The notes beneath the pieces were generated by a model that saw nothing but the letters and a program-made list of their open reading frames with translations, was not told the origin of the DNA and did not search any database. A program made the translations under genes and the position numbers. Positions 1 through 12,741 of a stretch of DNA of 64,000 bases are shown here, piece after piece. Positions within the stretch are counted from its first letter, which is position 1. Each line of letters opens with the position of its first letter. Source of the stretch: Mytilus californianus (Eukaryota). The stretch spans positions 41,540,001 through 41,604,000 of the forward strand of contig NW_026262745.1 of the NCBI RefSeq assembly GCF_021869535.1, given 5' to 3'.

Positions 1-3000
1 AAATTAAACTTTATATTAAAGAATACAAACTGACTGTCTTTTCTGTAAATAGAACTAAAAAACTGACATGGGTTAAATCAAAGTGAGACAACCAATCTTC
101 CTGAATCAAATCAGTTAAAAAGAAAAATAATGAATTGCCATATGACCTTTTACATTGAAGGGCTAAACTTGCATTAAGCCGTGTTCGGACCCTTAAATAG
201 AAAATAAACGGGGACATAGAGTAAATTTGCATGGGACAAAATCGCACATAATACATACAAAAAATACAAATTATCAATGAACAGGGCTTTTATTCCTGTT
301 CTTCGTCTAAAAGTCTAACACTGAATCTATATATTTTGCTTTGAGACCAGAATATTGTCGAAAAAATAATAATAATTAAAACAAAACTTGCGTTTCAGAT
401 TAAGAAAGGGTCCGGGAAACGCTCAGAATGCACGATTTTGCGTTATTTTTTCATAAGATTCTGAGGGCCTTGAGCGGCCCAAAGACCTTTCGCCGAAAAA
501 ATTTCGCATCGCTCCAATTTATATTGAGGTTAAAACAAAGACAGCGATATGACACTATTGATGCCTCCACGGATAACAACGATAACACCAGCTGGAGAAC
601 AACAGAAGTTACGTTTAGAATGGATGTGGTTTACTGTCATACAAGTGAGAAATTAAGCTAGCTATAAAACCAGGTTTCATCCACCATTTTCTATATATAA
701 GGAAATGCCTGTACAAAGTCAGGAATATGACAGTTGTTTTCGATTCGTTTGATGTGTTTGATCTTTTCATTTTGCCATCTGATAAAGGATTTTTGGTTTT
801 GACTTTTCCTTGGAGTTCCGTATTTTTTTTATTTCACTTTTTCTACTAAGAGTGTTTTTTTTTAGAGTGAACAAATATTAAAAGCTGTGATTTTCCGGTG
901 AAAAAAAAAAACTCATACTTTGTATTGACAAACGACTTTCACCATGAAAGTTTATTAAATTACTTTAGCTTTCATTCTGACTAATCATCTCGCCACCGAT
1001 TGTAACAATTGGTAAGATTGTATTCCTTTAAAGAGGAAGAAATGTATAAAAATAAGTTGCTTAATGTTTTACTTACATACATAGTTATGAACATCTACAA
1101 GTACAAGTCATTAATCAAGCTCCGAAAAATAAGAAAATACCTAACAAAGAAGAATCCCTAACTATCCGCTAGAAAGGTTCATGAGGTGCCAAATAAATGT
1201 CAAATAAAATGTATAACAAACTTCGCAGCAATGTTCAACTATTCTAGACTTAATGGTTAACAATATGTTTTAGATACAACTTGAGGGCGCTAGCCCGAAT
1301 TGGTGTATCTAATTTACACCAAGATATTACTATCAATCAAGAATGATAGTTTTCAATATTTTAGGAGTGAGTCTTTCAGCGATTTGATCATATATAATTG
1401 AAAAGTATGATAACTGCAGGGTATCTCATTTCATTTAACGACATATATACTTCTTTAAATTATATGTATGCCGTGTTATAATTAAACATTAAGGAATCAT
1501 GAAAAAGTGAAATCCATCAAAAGATATATATAAAACATAATGAAACGGCATGTATGTGTGATAATTATATTTAAATCATCTAATTTATTATAATAAACGA
1601 CATGAAAATCTTAAGAAGAAAGCCATTTAAAAACTTTTCCTTGAAATATAAAGAAAGAGGGAAAATGTAAAAGAAAGGGGGGAAATGTAAAAAACAAAAA
1701 GGAGAAAATTTGAAAATAAATTATATATCACACTTTAGGATATTTCTAAACGAAAAATTCTATAAAAATTGGCAGACAGTTTCGTGTATGAATTATTTGA
1801 AGTAGATTTTCTTCTAAATATACAATTTTATATTCTAATATAAATTTATAGGTCGTGAGTACTACAGAAGACAAAATAAATCAGAGTGCAAAAAGAATGG
1901 TAGGAATCATAGACAATATTTTGGCTAGAAAATGCATGGAAATGGAGATGGGACAAAATGCAGAATAAATTACTTTTAGTAAGTAACATAATAGCCATCC
2001 TTTATGCCACATCGGATTCGAAATTCGCAGATATATATGCATAAAATGTTTAATATTACCGTTAATGCTGGTGTATTTAGATTTTACTTCGTATTTTTTC
2101 CACAAGAATTATTTATTTAGGTATAACGTTTTTTTGACATGGTTCTTTTTCCTGTATCCATATCTACCCTCAATTTTCCTGCTTAACTTAGCTAGCACGG
2201 TGAAGTCTAACCATTATGGTAAAGCATGCCTTATGCATATTGCTGTGCCTAGTATAGGCTAGGTAAAATATTAAAAAAGAGTCTTTTCTCTACCTATTTA
2301 TCATATTTTTGTTGTGCCACAACACTGGAAACAATGTATTTTTTTTGTCTTTTTGCTTATTTTTTAGGATTAAGTATATTTTTAAGAAGTATACATTGAG
2401 TACTCATTTATTCATTACTTTATTACAGGGGCAGTGAAATAATTTTTATGAAGATATGCTATATTGGATAAGAATTAAACATAAGACGGAGTCAGAAATA
2501 GTGACAAAAGAAAGTGTAGCAGAAAACAAAAGAAACACTCTTGTGAATAAAAACCATGTTAGAATACAGAACTAGGAAAATAACTGTATGAAGTGAATTA
2601 CATATACAGTAATGAATTATCATGACTAGACTTTATAATTTTCATTCTAGATCTGATTTAGCAACGTGTAGATACATAAAATTAAACTTTTAACACTTTG
2701 CTGGTTGTCTAGTAAAAATAAATTATATATATTCATACCTTTGTGTTCATATTTAAGAAAAATAGGTAGCATGGATGTGTTGATTGAATTCATTCGAATA
2801 TGGGTAAAATTCTAAAGTACAATTCCTGGAGAGAAAGATTGATTGATTGTTGGTTGCTTAAACGTCCAGTAGCAAATTGTTCATGCATGTTCAGGAAGAT
2901 GGAGAGAAAGTGGCAAAATATCAAATTGTCAGGGTAGTATGTAAGAAACAAAATGGTATAACAACAGTGATAACGCAATAATTGTAACATTTTATAAAAC

Positions 3001-3139
3001 TAATACTTTTGCAATTTTGAACTGATGTAAAAACCAGGAATTATTTCAGTTGTTGCTTGGAAGGGATTTTAGCATCCTTCATATGGATCGAAAAGTTTAC
3101 AAATTGAACCAACGGAGTGCCAACGTTTGTTAAAAGTTT

Positions 3140-3380
3140 GTATTACTACGTTTTCCCAACGTTTGTTCAACATCGGCCGTTTTATTCCATCATTGGGCCA
3201 ACGTTGGAACTATGTTTAGTATAAAACATTACAACGTTGTGCCAACGCATAGCCATCACATTGGGCCAACATAGGGCCACTTTGCACTTATACATTGGGC
3301 CAACGTCTAAAAACAACGTTGGGCCAATGAATGTAGATACGTTGGGCCATTGTTGTGCCAACGTACAAATGTTGTCTGAG
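3140..3380. mobile_element. MITE-like fragment with many CCAACGTTGG-type subterminal palindromes (CMC/EnSpm-like non-autonomous element, tentative)
   Basis: Repeated ttgggccaacg/caacgttg motifs in both orientations, ending in ...tgttgtctgag. Confidence 0.45.
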
Positions 3381-3395
3381 ACTAGGTTAAATTTG

Positions 3396-3600
3396 GGTTC
3401 CAGATTGGTAACACAAGGTTCTTTTTAGGTTCCAGATTGGTTACAAAAGGTTCTATAAAGGTTCCAGATGTGTTACACAAGGTTCTATTAAGGTTCCAGA
3501 TTGGTTACACGTGGTTCTATCAAGGTTCCAGATTGGTTACACAAGGTTCTATCAAGGTTCCAGATTGTTTACACAAGGTTCTATTAAGGTTCTAGATTGG
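3396..3600. repeat. 32-bp minisatellite, about 6.4 copies
   Basis: Head-to-tail unit ggttccagattggttacacaaggttctatcaa. Confidence 0.9.
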
Positions 3601-6241
3601 TTTTTCATAACGTTATATCATAACGTTCTTGTAACGTTACTGATAGTCCACACTTTCCTGAACGTTTTTGTGTTTTGTGGGTCTACCTATTCAGCTTTTA
3701 GATCTTAAAACATTAAATGACCGTTATTGGCTTTATGTTTAAGCATGGAAACATTATTATGAAATTACCTCGATAGGACCATTGCATGATTTAATTAATA
3801 GAAAAATGCATTAACGTAACATTGACTCAAATATACAGTTCCAGTTCCAGTTCCGGTACAGTGTGTACAACTTAGATCAAGATGTCTAAATCAAATAACA
3901 TTTACCTAATATGTCCTCTTCATTAATGTTGAGAAGTCAACGATACAGAAATCCAACGACAGATAGAACCAGAAGTCATCTTGTGATCAACATACCGTCT
4001 ATGGCAATTGTTTTCCCAACCATCGTGCGATAATACATTTCATTTGATATTCACGCTATCTTTAAACATTCTTAAATTATTACAACACAAATATCGGTTC
4101 TGGTTGGTTGCTCTAAGATGTGGCTAAAAATCTATTGGCCAGAATGAGAGATATAGAATTGTGAACATGTCCCGGACAGGAGAAGATATCAAAAATGAAA
4201 GATAGAGAATAAAATTTATCAATTCTGCAAGTGACCCACATCATTAAGATGTGACAAGGTATTGTACAACCACTGAAGGAGTTTATGAATTAGGACAGGA
4301 AACATTTACATTTGGGGATCTTTTAAATATTTCAATTGTCTATCTTCATGATATATGAACTTCGATGCTTAGTCATGATGGTGCAAGTTCACAACTTAAT
4401 CGCTTATTCGGATATTAAAACTTATAGCTAAATTTTGACTTCAATAAGATACTAACGAAATGAAATGGAAATATATAGATTCGACATTTAGCAACCGAAT
4501 TTCTATTTCGCCCCTGAAATCTCTTGTAATACAACGTATAACACAAAAATATTGCACGTACCTAAAATATTTTCAACAATTTTCTTTTAGTTGAAGCCTT
4601 TATGTCTATAACCCGTTTGAAATGGAGACCGACATAGATCTCATTTAAAGAACAGCAAAAATTGAGTCTAAGGTTTGAACCAAGTATGAAAATTGAGCAG
4701 TTGATCTACAAATCTTTCATTTTTCATACACAATGTTTTTAATACATGTGTGTGTGTGTGTGCCTTATGGTCAACAATAAATTATTATGAAAATGCGAAA
4801 TTAAATTTCTTACCATCTTTTATCGGAGTTACACATAAATGTTCACAGCTGCCCATAAATTGTAAGAATAAATGCAAAATTTAAAAGTCTAACAGGTGTA
4901 TTTTTTTGCTTACCTGGTGCAAAGGACATAGCATTTCAAGTACAAAATTATAAACAGATACGATAGGAGCGCATGATATTACGTACGATTATAAATTACA
5001 GAGGGTTGACATTTTATGTATCTTACTGAACGAGCTAAGCTATTTGTCAAAGTACTTGACTTATACATATAGAAATGGCCTAGTATTTTGTGATTCAATT
5101 AGCAACAATCTTAAACAACTAATTGAAACCAAATCGAAGATTCCAAGTCTACCAAGAACCTGACTTTGTATGCAGATTAGGTGAGGATATATTACGGTAT
5201 TATACTTGAAATATCGAATGACGTCCTTGTACAAATGATCGAACACATAGGTACCGATTATCAGGTTATCTGCATATTGATATTGTAAAATATCAGCTGC
5301 GAGTCACATAATGAAGTTTTTTGTCGAGTAAGCGCAGCGCACGAGTTCAAAAAGGCTTCATATTCGGGTCAAACTTATCAACGTCGGTTCATTCATTGTG
5401 ACATCAGCGATATGTAAAGGTCACAGTTATTAATGTGGCCAGGTCAACGTATTTGACGCCACAAAGCCGTAATATGCAATTTTATGAAGACCTGAACAGA
5501 GTGATACAGACAGTGGGAACACCGATAAACAAAAGTAGACAATAATGTCGATGTACTCACTGGGTTAATTAGAAAAAAAACTTGCATTGGAAGGTAATTA
5601 CTAGTCTCAAGTGCGGATCCAGCCATTTTGAAAGAGGGGTTCTATTCCATAAAACGGCATGAAATTTCACAAAATTAAAAAACGAATCTTAAAAAAATCA
5701 TCAAAAACAGCCCCCCCCCCCTCACACACACACCCTTTAACCGGTACTGAGTCTATCACTACCTTTAAACCGCAAATTGTCGTACGGCCGTAAAACTGTC
5801 ATTTTCCGCCCTGACAATATATAAAATAATTTCTATTGTACACGGTATGCAGTCGGCTTTTCGAAATTCATAAATTTGTATTTGTATTTTTTGTAATCAT
5901 CATTTATAGAGTTGGAGTAATTGGCAAGAACTTTTGAAATGTCAACATGTATACAGGTGAGCAAGTATAAACTTTCAAACTTCCGACATGGATAATTCCA
6001 CATGAACAATTTAAAGTTAAAATCTATATGACATCTTTTTACAAGCTTTGCGTATTTTACAAATCAAATGTAAAGATTAAAATGTGAAATCGTGTGTTTT
6101 TAACCGTGAAATCTATTTGGGTACATTAACGATAAGTAAAGCTGTGCGTTTAATTTCCTAATTTATGTTATTGTACTAATACTAAGTTTGCAACAATCTA
6201 ATTATATTTGACCTCCGACGTTTGACTGTATTTTGATATAA

Positions 6242-6560
6242 ATAAGAAGATGTTATATGAGTACCAATGAGACAACTATCCATCCAAGTCACAATGTGTA
6301 AAAAGTAAACAATTATAGGTCAAAGTACGGCCTTCAACACTGCACCTTGGCTCACACCGAACAGCAAGCTATAAAGGGCCCCAAAATGACTAGTGTAAAG
6401 CAATTCAAACGGGAAAACAAACGGTCTAATCTATATAAAAAACGAGAAACACTTATGAACAACACAAACAAACGACAACTACTGAACAACAGGCTCCTGA
6501 CTTAGGACAGGTGCATAAAAATGCAGCGGGTATACACGTTTCAACAGACGCCAACCTTCA
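6242..6560. repeat. Abundant interspersed repeat (Penelope-tail-related family)
   Basis: aagaagatg..atgagt.ccaatgagacaact... with a near-identical copy at about 29400-29700 and reverse-complement relatives at 18300-18570 and 58950-59220. Confidence 0.75.
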
Positions 6561-6736
6561 TCCTAATGATGATCGTAAGGTGGTTTAAAATTGCTCAAAT
6601 TCTATTCATTTAGACACTGTTGGGTAGTTGTCGTCTGAATTTATAATCATACCATATCTCCTTTTTTATGATAAATTACACTGATTTTATATAGTAATAT
6701 ATATGTTTCCATAATTGTTAGTATTACCTTTCACGT

Positions 6737-7189
6737 TTGATCCGTGCCAATTGGCAAACTATTGCCAAGCACCCAAAATTGTTCAAGATCTTTCCCAATC
6801 CTCTTGTCTTAGCCTTTCGGAGACCAGCAAGTCTGAAAGACTTATTTGTGGGAACTGACGTCTCCTCTAATAAAAGCTGTTCAACTGCAGGATGGTGCAA
6901 GTCGTGTGGTAACAGACGATGTCTGACTTGCCAACAAATACTGAATACTCAAACATTTACTTGCCACTCCACTGGGTCTGTGTACACTATATTTTGTAAT
7001 GTAACTTGCAAACCACAGAATGTTGTATACCTTCTTCAGTGTCGATTTGGTATGCAGTATATTGGCGAGACAGAACAGGGGCACGCACAAGCTAATCTCA
7101 AAAACCTTACAATCACAATCATAGACCACAACGAGGGTTGGTCAAGGGCCGAAAGACTTGCTCGGGAAAGGTTTTGGATAAGAAGCTAA
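6737..7189 (+). pseudogene. PLE C-terminal Cys-rich linker plus GIY-YIG endonuclease (5'-truncated, internally deleted)
   Basis: AFRRPASLKDL, CKSCGNRRCLTC, NVVYLLQC..MQYIGET and RERFWI motifs. Confidence 0.88.
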
Positions 7190-7214
7190 GGACAGTTTCC
7201 CCAGAGGGCATACA

Positions 7215-7982
7215 TGAAAAAAAACATAGAATGAGTCACTCATTTTCCCTACCATCACTCATTTTCCTGACATCATTTGTTTCCAGTTACTCCGGCTTCC
7301 TTACTTGACTCTTACAGTTTTAAGGATTCGTTTGGAATTTTTTGAATTTTACTAGTTTAAGTACCAGGGTTCTTTTCATTTGGTAGGGATGTACAAGTAC
7401 GCATCCACGTCCAATTATTTGACCTTAGCCCAAATTTACTATTATTTTTTCTTTTCAATATAAAACTGCTATTTATTTGGGATGATAAATACGCAGCCTC
7501 TGTTTGACATATTTTACCAGCTTATATCGATCAGTGCTGTTTTTTTTTTGGGAAGTTGTTGCAACATCTTAACTGACGTCATTTTGGAATTTAAGAGTTG
7601 TGCCAGTTCATATCACTAATTACTATTTTCATTTAGGCATGTCTTTGAGTCGTTTTTTTGAAATTTTAAAAATTTATTAGCGTCTCTTCATATGATGTTT
7701 GGATGAAACTGTTTCACTTTTTTTATTGTATAGAATTCAAGATTGCTATAGTTTAATAATCAGAATAGATTGATCTGATTCATTTTACATCGTGTTCATA
7801 CTGATGAAGAATATCTGTTATCCGAAATATTTATAGTTACATTTGTTCGTTTATTGTCATTTTTTGGTGATGTTGTACCCTTTTAGACTGGTTATATATT
7901 ATATTTTGTAGTGTACTGTATCATATATATATGTTCCGTCGCCCCGTAAGATTTATCGTTGGCTATTATTCAGTCATTTAAT
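7215..7982 (+). repeat. PLE pseudo-LTR copy 1
   Basis: About 770-bp high-identity direct repeat of 21200-21975, lying between the EN end and the start of the next ORF. Confidence 0.88.
7801..7835 (+). ncRNA. Hammerhead-ribozyme-like core in the pLTR (second copy at 21789-21823)
   Basis: CTGATGA-stem II-GAAA. In copy 2 stem II is GGATA/TATCC; stems I and III are not clearly formed. Confidence 0.4.
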
Positions 7983-8007
7983 ATTTTTACCTTTTTTGTA
8001 GTCTGCA

Positions 8008-9262
8008 TTGAGTGTGTTCACTCGATCCGATATTCTTACTGCATATTCCATCATGCATTTGCAATTTCATTTTAAGAAATTAAGATCTTTTACTATCAAA
8101 ATTATCAAAACAGAACATCATATTTCAAATTTAGAAATCTTCATTGATCAAAGAATTATTCCGAAAGGGTTAGTTTTAAAAGCTTCGCCACTTACAACAG
8201 GAGAAAAGTCAAATAGATTTTTCCATAGATGGAATAAAATTCTATACAACAGTTCTTTTAGTCTGATGGATCTTTTACGGCAAGAAGCAACTCATCAAGT
8301 AAATTATTTATATAAACTTCGTGATAACTTGCACTGCCGATCTCGTGAACTATTGTCTGATCTTGAACTTGACGAAATTCAAGTACGTCTTGGTGATATC
8401 AAACGTATTGAATCACACAAGCTCCACGTCAAACAGATTAACAAATTTAAACGTGATGGTGTGCAAATTAATCACCCTTTAATCAGACCTTCAAAAATTT
8501 CAAATAAAAATAAAAAGCCTCGCAACCGTAGATTTCGAAGAAAAAGTCAAATTCCAGTCAATTCTAACAACACGGTTGTCAATTTATCAACAGTCTCTTT
8601 AACTGAGGACGAAATTAAAGTCTTATCTAAGGGTTTGAATTTTTCCCTACTTCCAGTAACATATATAATATGAAACTGGAAGATAACCTTAATAACTTTG
8701 CCAGAATCCTCAGAATCAAAGAATATTTTGGTAACAAGGATAATGAGGAAGACTCAGACACGTCTGACTCGGAGGAAGACACCAGAGTTCCGCATTTTAA
8801 AAAGAAGAGTTCATGGATTCCAAAACCTAGTAAATCTGCTACACTGGAAGATGTTATCGACAAAATCAAATCGGATGTTGTTCATCTAGCTAACAACAAG
8901 TACTCGTCATTTTATAACACCTCTTCTGACGAGAAAAAAGCCATACAATCGCTGAGAAACCGAGATGATATTGTGATAAAACCAGCAGACAAGGGAAGTA
9001 CCGTTGTGATAATGGACAAAGCTAATTACATCGCGGAAGCAGAGCGTCAGCTCTCTGATGAGAGATTTTATAAGAAGATTGACTTTGACCCTACTTCCGA
9101 GTTTAGTTCCAAATTTATTACTGCGTTACAAACCATGCACGATGACGGTCACATAGATGAGGATATAATCGGATATTTAAAACCAGAGAACGCCAAGCCT
9201 GGTCATTTGTATCTTCTTCCTAAAATACACAAGGTTAACAACCCTGGTAGACCCATTGTATC
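8008..9262 (+). pseudogene. PLE ORF N-terminal region up to the start of the RT domain (frameshift near 8670; cut off by the Polinton)
   Basis: IIPKGL, LSKGLNF, DIVIKPADKGSTVVIMD, LYLLPKIHK and PGRPIVS motifs, ending abruptly at AGTAGT. Confidence 0.9.
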
Positions 9263-9399
9263 AGTAGTATTGTAGTGCACGTTCTGAAACAGGAGGAGCT
9301 TGGAGGAACTTGGAGGAGGTCAATCAAAGTTCAAATATGTGACATTCCAGCAATTTGGAGGAGGTCAATCAAAATTCAAATAAGTGACATTCCAGCAAT
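9263..9399 (+). repeat. Polinton terminal (TIR) region with two 45-bp tandem units
   Basis: AGTAGT at 9263-9268; ttggaggaggtcaatcaaa.ttcaaata.gtgacattccagcaat at 9310-9354 and 9355-9399. Confidence 0.75.
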
Positions 9400-9929
9400 T
9401 GTCAGAATGATGTCATTGTAAACATTGGTATACCTTCTTGAGTATAGAAACTAATATGTTGTTTTGACAGGTAGTAAATGGCTTTGAAAAAGAAAAAGAT
9501 GATTGAAACAGATTAAAATTTATTCACATTTAACATCACTGTTTCAAGTGTCTAAATTATTTTTTAAGGAAACATTATGTTCTCAATAAACTATATATAT
9601 ATATATATATATATATTAAAAGACATAACCTAAGCATCTATCCATTATTGTTGTAAAACAATATATAAAACATATAATCTGATTGTGTTACCCGATATCT
9701 TTTTTGATTGAAGAAATATATGACTTGAGAAAATTATGCAATGTATTATTGTAAAACATCAATATATAAAAACTTATAACCTGATATATCATTCAAAAAT
9801 ATGTTACCTGAGATATTTTTGATTAAAAGAAATACACCAGTTGAGGACAATTATGTGATCAATCCTATTATGAAATTATGACTTCAGGAAAATTATGCAA
9901 TGAATACTACTATGTATTTACACTATATT

Positions 9930-11109
9930 TTGGCACTTATTACATGATGTAAAATAGACTATAAAAAAACAATATATGACAACATCAACCATATACATAC
10001 ATATGATCAATCTTTAACACCATGTAAAAAAATCAGTAAATAAAAAAAAAAAAACATATGACCCGAGAGAAAATATATTGAGCTCACTAAATTAACATAT
10101 ATTAAACTTTGAACTAATGACCCAACCTTCCAAGTTTGTCATGATGGTACCAACAGTCTGAAAAATAATATAAAACATTAATTTTCAATCATTACTCTAT
10201 GTTAATGTCAGGTCAAGTTAACAACAATTTGTATTCATTTAAAAAATCAGAAGATATGGTATGAGTGTTAGTGTTGTTTTTATCATAATTAATTATACAT
10301 ACCAAATGTTTAAATTCTGTAGACATGGTAGAGTTAACTGTTGTTGATGAAAGTGAAGACACAATGGTTGGTTTTTTCAAAGCAGGTAAAGTTGGTTTTT
10401 TCCAAAGCAGACGGCGAAGCTTTCTTTTCAATAGTTGTCATGGTAGTTTGTGTAGCATGTTCTGTGAGAGATTTCACTGTAGTTGTAGGCTGAAAAAAAT
10501 ATCTACAATGGTAAGCATTTACAAACTTACTTTAGATAAAAAAATATTGTCAAATAACTCTCTTAACCAGTGTCTGAATATGTTTAACATTGTAAAACAA
10601 AAATAAAGGGGGGGGGTTTCAAATGAAACATTTTTTTTTCATTTTTTTGTGGCCAAGTTGGTTTATTTACTTTGCTCCACCATACAATATTATCTATTTT
10701 TTATAAATAAGAATAAATACATTGATAATTGTAGGAACAAGATCAGTCAAGGGATAATTAAGAAGAAAAACCATATTCTCAACGAAGATGATGCATAAAG
10801 ACTTACACACTGTTCATCGTGAACACAAACAGCTGTTGCACCTTCTATGTGGTGGCAGCACTACTCAATGTCCCCGTCTTCTATGCGTACTGTTATACCA
10901 TCTACTTTGAGTGTGGATGGCTCAAACAAGCGATCCATTATTAGGGTGGACACTTCCTTCCGTTGCTTCTTCAAGATGTAATCATTGATTCCAGTGTGAC
11001 GACAGCGTATGGCGTCTCCCTCGTTCTCACAATCTTCTCCAATTCTTTCAGACTTGCGTGCAGGTGACGCAATAACTTGCACTATCAAAACGAAGATGAA
11101 GATGTTCAT
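9930..11109 (-). pseudogene. Multi-exon secreted/type-I membrane mucin-like glycoprotein gene within the Polinton
   Basis: Exon 11109-10807 (hydrophobic N-terminus, Cys-rich, internal TAG, GTAAGT donor); exon 10489-10303 (Thr/Ser-rich, TTTCAG acceptor, GTATGT donor, 1-bp insertion); exon from 10157 (TTTCAG acceptor); decayed hydrophobic stretch about 9930-10010. Confidence 0.6.
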
Positions 11110-11619
11110 TTTAACAATTTGTTGTTGTTTGTTTACTGAAAATTTTCTTACATGATATGGCGCGAAAATGAAATGACGTTTGTACGGGAAAGAGATTTGA
11201 CTTAATACTAAAGAGATACTTTTCATATTGCAAAGGAGATTTAAAATGTTTTTCTAGAATTTTTAGTATCAGTTATCTTTCAATGGTATAAATGAATCAT
11301 ATTTTGATAAAATCATCAATTCTTTTTATATTATTTTCATGAGTTTGTTAATTAACAATAATTTTGAGTACGTTGTATTTAAATGTTGGTATTAAGTCAC
11401 TGTTATGTCTTTGAAACAAAACTCTGATTGGTTGAAAATAGATTAATTGTGTAAGGGATATACTAAATAAATAAACGATGTGTAGGAGAGTGAAATTATT
11501 CCGGAATATTATATTTGTGCGTGTTTTAACTAGAAGGAAAAATACAATACATTTCGGTTTAGTATCAATTTAATTATTGATTGCTATTTTTATATCCTTT
11601 TAAAAAGAAGACTAAATCA

Positions 11620-12400
11620 ATCATAAGTGGTCTGTAGCTCCCCGTTTCTTTCTCCAATCTCTTGAATCCATTTTCTTAACTTTGGTATCTCCGTATCTTC
11701 CTCATTGTCAAAAACATGCTTTTTTTTCTTTGCCCCGAGGGATTCCCGGGACATAGAAATAGGACCCAGCCCCTCCAATCTGCTGCGTGGTAAGACCCCA
11801 CCAAAGGGAGGGAACTTTCTGCTGTGAAAAATAATAATTTAAATAAACTAATATATATATACAATTTAACCATTTAAATATATCGTCTTTTTTCGGGTGC
11901 TACTCTTCTCCGCAGAAGCTACGGGATATATAAATATAGTTTCAACAGGGCGTGTCAAATCTTTGATCAATCCCCAAGTGGTCTGTCGCGCCCCGTTTCT
12001 TTCTTCAATCTCTTTAATCCATTTTCTTAATTTTGGAATTTCTACATCTTCCTTATTGCCAGAAACATGCTTTGTGTTTCCTCTTATGGTAAGGGTGATA
12101 TCTACACCATAGGGAGGGAACTTTCTGCTGTGAAAAATAATAATTTAAAATAAACTAATATATATATATATACAATTTTACCATTTAAATACATCGTCTT
12201 TTTTCGTTGGCTACTCTTCTCCGCAGAAGCTACGGGATATATAAATATAGTTTCAACAGGGCGTGTCAAATCTTTGATGAGTCCCCAAGTGGTCTGTCGC
12301 GCCCCGTTTCTTTCTTCAATCTCTTTAATCCATTTTCTTAATTTTGGAATTTCTACATCTTCCTTATTGCCAGAAACATGCTTTGTGTAAGTGTTCCCCT
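11620..12400 (-). pseudogene. Small unknown Polinton gene with a triplicated ~35-aa motif
   Basis: KHV..N.ED.EIPKLRKWI.EI.ERNG..QTT read in three copies; near-identical tandem duplication 11805-12077 / 12111-12388. Confidence 0.5.
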
Positions 12401-12741
12401 ATTCTTGCGTTGTCTTTTTTTCCCTCTGGTATGTATTTTTATGTGATATGAATTCAATGTTATTCTTTATTGGCTGTGATATTTGTTGTGTTATGTGCAC
12501 GTGTAATTTTTTTTGTATGAATAAATTGTGGGACTATGGCGGGAAATTTGTGGGTGGGAAAATTTCCCAAAATGATTATTCAAATTTTCATGCTTCAAAA
12601 CGGACTAATGGTATGACATGAAGCTTTTTGGGGTGGGTGGAGTTAATTTTTTCTTGACAAGGGGTTGGTTTCATCGCATCTTACAGAGAGTACATATATA
12701 AAGTCTTTCTCATTTCAAATTTTTTAATTTCTACATTCATT

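Noticed and set aside
1-6200. Short ORFs in the first 6 kb as genes
   Set aside because: Low-complexity or repeat-derived, with no domain motifs or consistent splice signals
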